Shown here: in pieces, positions 61,676-64,000 of the stretch
Layout: every line of letters starts with the position of its first letter
Position numbering within the stretch: the first letter of the stretch is position 1
DNA from: Eledone cirrhosa
Lineage: Eukaryota
Assembly: GCA_964016885.1 (NCBI GenBank)
Contig: OZ024750.1
Coordinates: 27,404,001 to 27,468,000 of the forward strand
DNA: 64,000 nucleotides
Reading direction: 5' to 3'
The notes under the pieces: model-generated
Told to the model about the DNA's origin: nothing
The model's input: the letters and a program-made list of their open reading frames with translations, nothing else
Databases searched by the model: none
Position numbers and translations under genes: made by a program

Positions 61676-62095
61676 GTTCTTCCCCCAACACTTACTTTCA
61701 CATACACATACACACACACACGCATACACCTACACACACCATCTTCAGCCCTCCCCGCTCGGACACCCCGCCTCCCTCTCCCCACTCCACCCGCCACCAC
61801 CCCTACACGCCCCACACCCTTCCACCACTTGTTTTACTTCATGTTTATTTTTATTTTTATTATGCTTCTATATTTAATTTCATTTGTACCGTTTCCTCTC
61901 ACCCCCATTTTTTCTATATGTCTCTCCACCACTCCCTTACACACCCTTGGAACTCTCTTCCCACACACTTTTCGCCTGAAGAAGGGCTTATGCCCGAAAC
62001 GTCGTTCCCCACCACCACCCCACTTTCAAGAGCGTGAAACTAATAAACCTTTGTTCGTACTGCCTCTCTGTCTTGTTCCCGTTCAATTTTTCACT
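61672..62095 (+). mobile_element. Family I element with hammerhead-like core (61976-62003)
   Basis: CTGAAGA-A-GGGC/GCCC-GAAA-CG-TC with weak stem I; 3' terminus shared with 9362-9426 and 56677-56728. Confidence 0.55.
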
Positions 62096-62135
62096 ATATA
62101 TATATATATATATATATATAATTCTATATGTTGAT

Positions 62136-62203
<68 letters not shown>

Positions 62204-62207
<4 letters not shown>

Positions 62208-62310
62208 TGAGATTCTACAGGACTAGAACTGTTTCATACTTTAGAAATCATCTGATGATTTCTAAAGTATGAAACAGTTCTAGTCCTGTAGAATCTCATC
62301 TATATTAAAA
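62204..62310. mobile_element. Family D perfect palindrome (~100 bp) in (TA)n
   Basis: GATGAGATTC..GAAATCATC-T-GATGATTTC..GAATCTCATC. Confidence 0.85.
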
Positions 62311-62347
62311 CTTATATATATATATATAGAAAGAGAGAGAGAGAGAG

Positions 62348-62458
<111 letters not shown>

Positions 62459-62462
62459 TAAT

Positions 62463-62495
<33 letters not shown>

Positions 62496-62666
62496 ATATA
62501 TATAATGGTATGTAATCCACAAAAATGTATTTCTTAATATAAAATTCATACTTCGTCCGAGAAGGCTGCACTGAAGGACCTTAAAGGGCAGGGCGTGGTT
62601 ATCTCACCTCTAATATGCACTCACTAAGAAGGGGAAATAAAGAGAAACCACGAACAATTGCGAAAG

Positions 62667-62667
<1 letters not shown>

Positions 62668-62697
<30 letters not shown>

Positions 62698-62830
62698 TGT
62701 ATGTATGTATGTATGTATGTACGTATGTACGTACGTATGTACGTATGTATGTATGTATGTATGTATGTATGTATGTATGTATGTATGTATGTATGTATGT
62801 ATGTATGTATGTATGTATGTATGTATGTAC
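62668..62830. repeat. (TATG)n microsatellite
   Basis: Directly visible. Confidence 0.95.
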
Positions 62831-63512
62831 ATTGAATGATTAAAGGGTGAACTGGTGTAGAAGATATAGAAGTGAGAACTGCAGATAGAGTAAAATGAGA
62901 ATGTATTCAGTTGTAGATTCGATGTTAGCTAATTCCTGATTCCTAGTCTATCTACAAATTTATCTAAACATTTACTGAATATCTAAAGGCGGATTGATTC
63001 ACAAGCAAATACTGATTTGTATTCGTTGTCTCTTTTCTTCTTCAACAATCGATACCTTCAGGCGACCCTGCTGTCACTCCTATACCACTACTGTCTTTCA
63101 CCGAAGGTCTTACCGTATTCTGTCTTTTAGTAACCCTCTTACCACACCATGTCTTTCATTACCGTCCAATGAACCTCTAACCATATCTTGCACCATTTGA
63201 ATCTTCCAGCGACCCTCCTACAACACCTTATCTCTCATTGCCATCCAACGACCCTCCCCTACCAGAGCTTCCTCCTCTTTACCTTCTAAAGACCTCCTGC
63301 AACACATTGTCCGTCTTTACTGTCCAACGACCCTCCTATCATATCTTCCTATTCTTTACTTTCTAACGACCCTCCTGCAGCACATTGTCCCTCATTACCT
63401 CCTAACAACCCTTCTGTCATAACTTTCTCTACGTGAGTATATCACTGCTCCAACAATAACAGTATCCGCACCCCACTTTCTGAATACCTGACGTTGAGTC
63501 TCTCTCATCGAC

Positions 63513-63576
<64 letters not shown>

Positions 63577-64000
63577 TATATACACGTACATACATATAGG
63601 TATACAGACATACAGTAGTATGTATATATATATACATACATGCACATATATATATATGTACGTATGGATTCACCGAACATATATATATATTCAATGATGC
63701 AATGAAAGTAAGAAGAAAAGAATTATGCTCTTAAATATACTCCAATATAATCAACTATGTATGTACCATATAATTTATATCATGGACGGAGTATCTCAGA
63801 ATTATTGCTAATCTTCTAAAATACTGTCTCTTCTGGTATCTTTCTTTTGTTCTCTGCGAATTGTTCTTTTCGTCAGACAAAGCAAAAAGAAAACGATGTC
63901 CAAACACTAAAGTTACACCATGTCATAGTTATTCCTGTATATCAACCTAAATAAGACTATAAATCAGTGGTTCTTTTTTTTTATCCTTTTTTGGTTCTTT

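Overview
AT-rich, microsatellite-dense animal genomic DNA. The SINE families look like octopod cephalopod repeats (recognised from memory, not verified). Only two credible host genes are present: convergent, intronless-CDS class A GPCR paralogues (2396-3424 +, 40454-41443 -). There is also a small tRNA-Pro cluster (two intact TGG genes plus decayed copies). The rest is mobile DNA and repeats: many SINE copies, RTE and R4/Dong-like LINE 3' ends, Helitron-like and TTAA-flanked non-autonomous elements, and a 6.4-kb 40-bp satellite. The main finding is about 25 type I hammerhead-ribozyme folds in roughly 11 sequence-unrelated families (labelled A-L here). Most sit in short, often fold-back elements embedded in (TA)n tracts. 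Family A is physically attached to a Penelope-like RT/GIY-YIG ORF, and family K forms a 557-bp tandem array with three ribozymes (retrozyme-like). Eight families share a covarying hairpin with a UU/UC bulge; in six of them it lies a few bases past the point where copies join the (TA)n target. All RNA structures were folded by eye and none has been tested. Almost all YI/HT/CV-repeat ORFs in the track are microsatellite artefacts.
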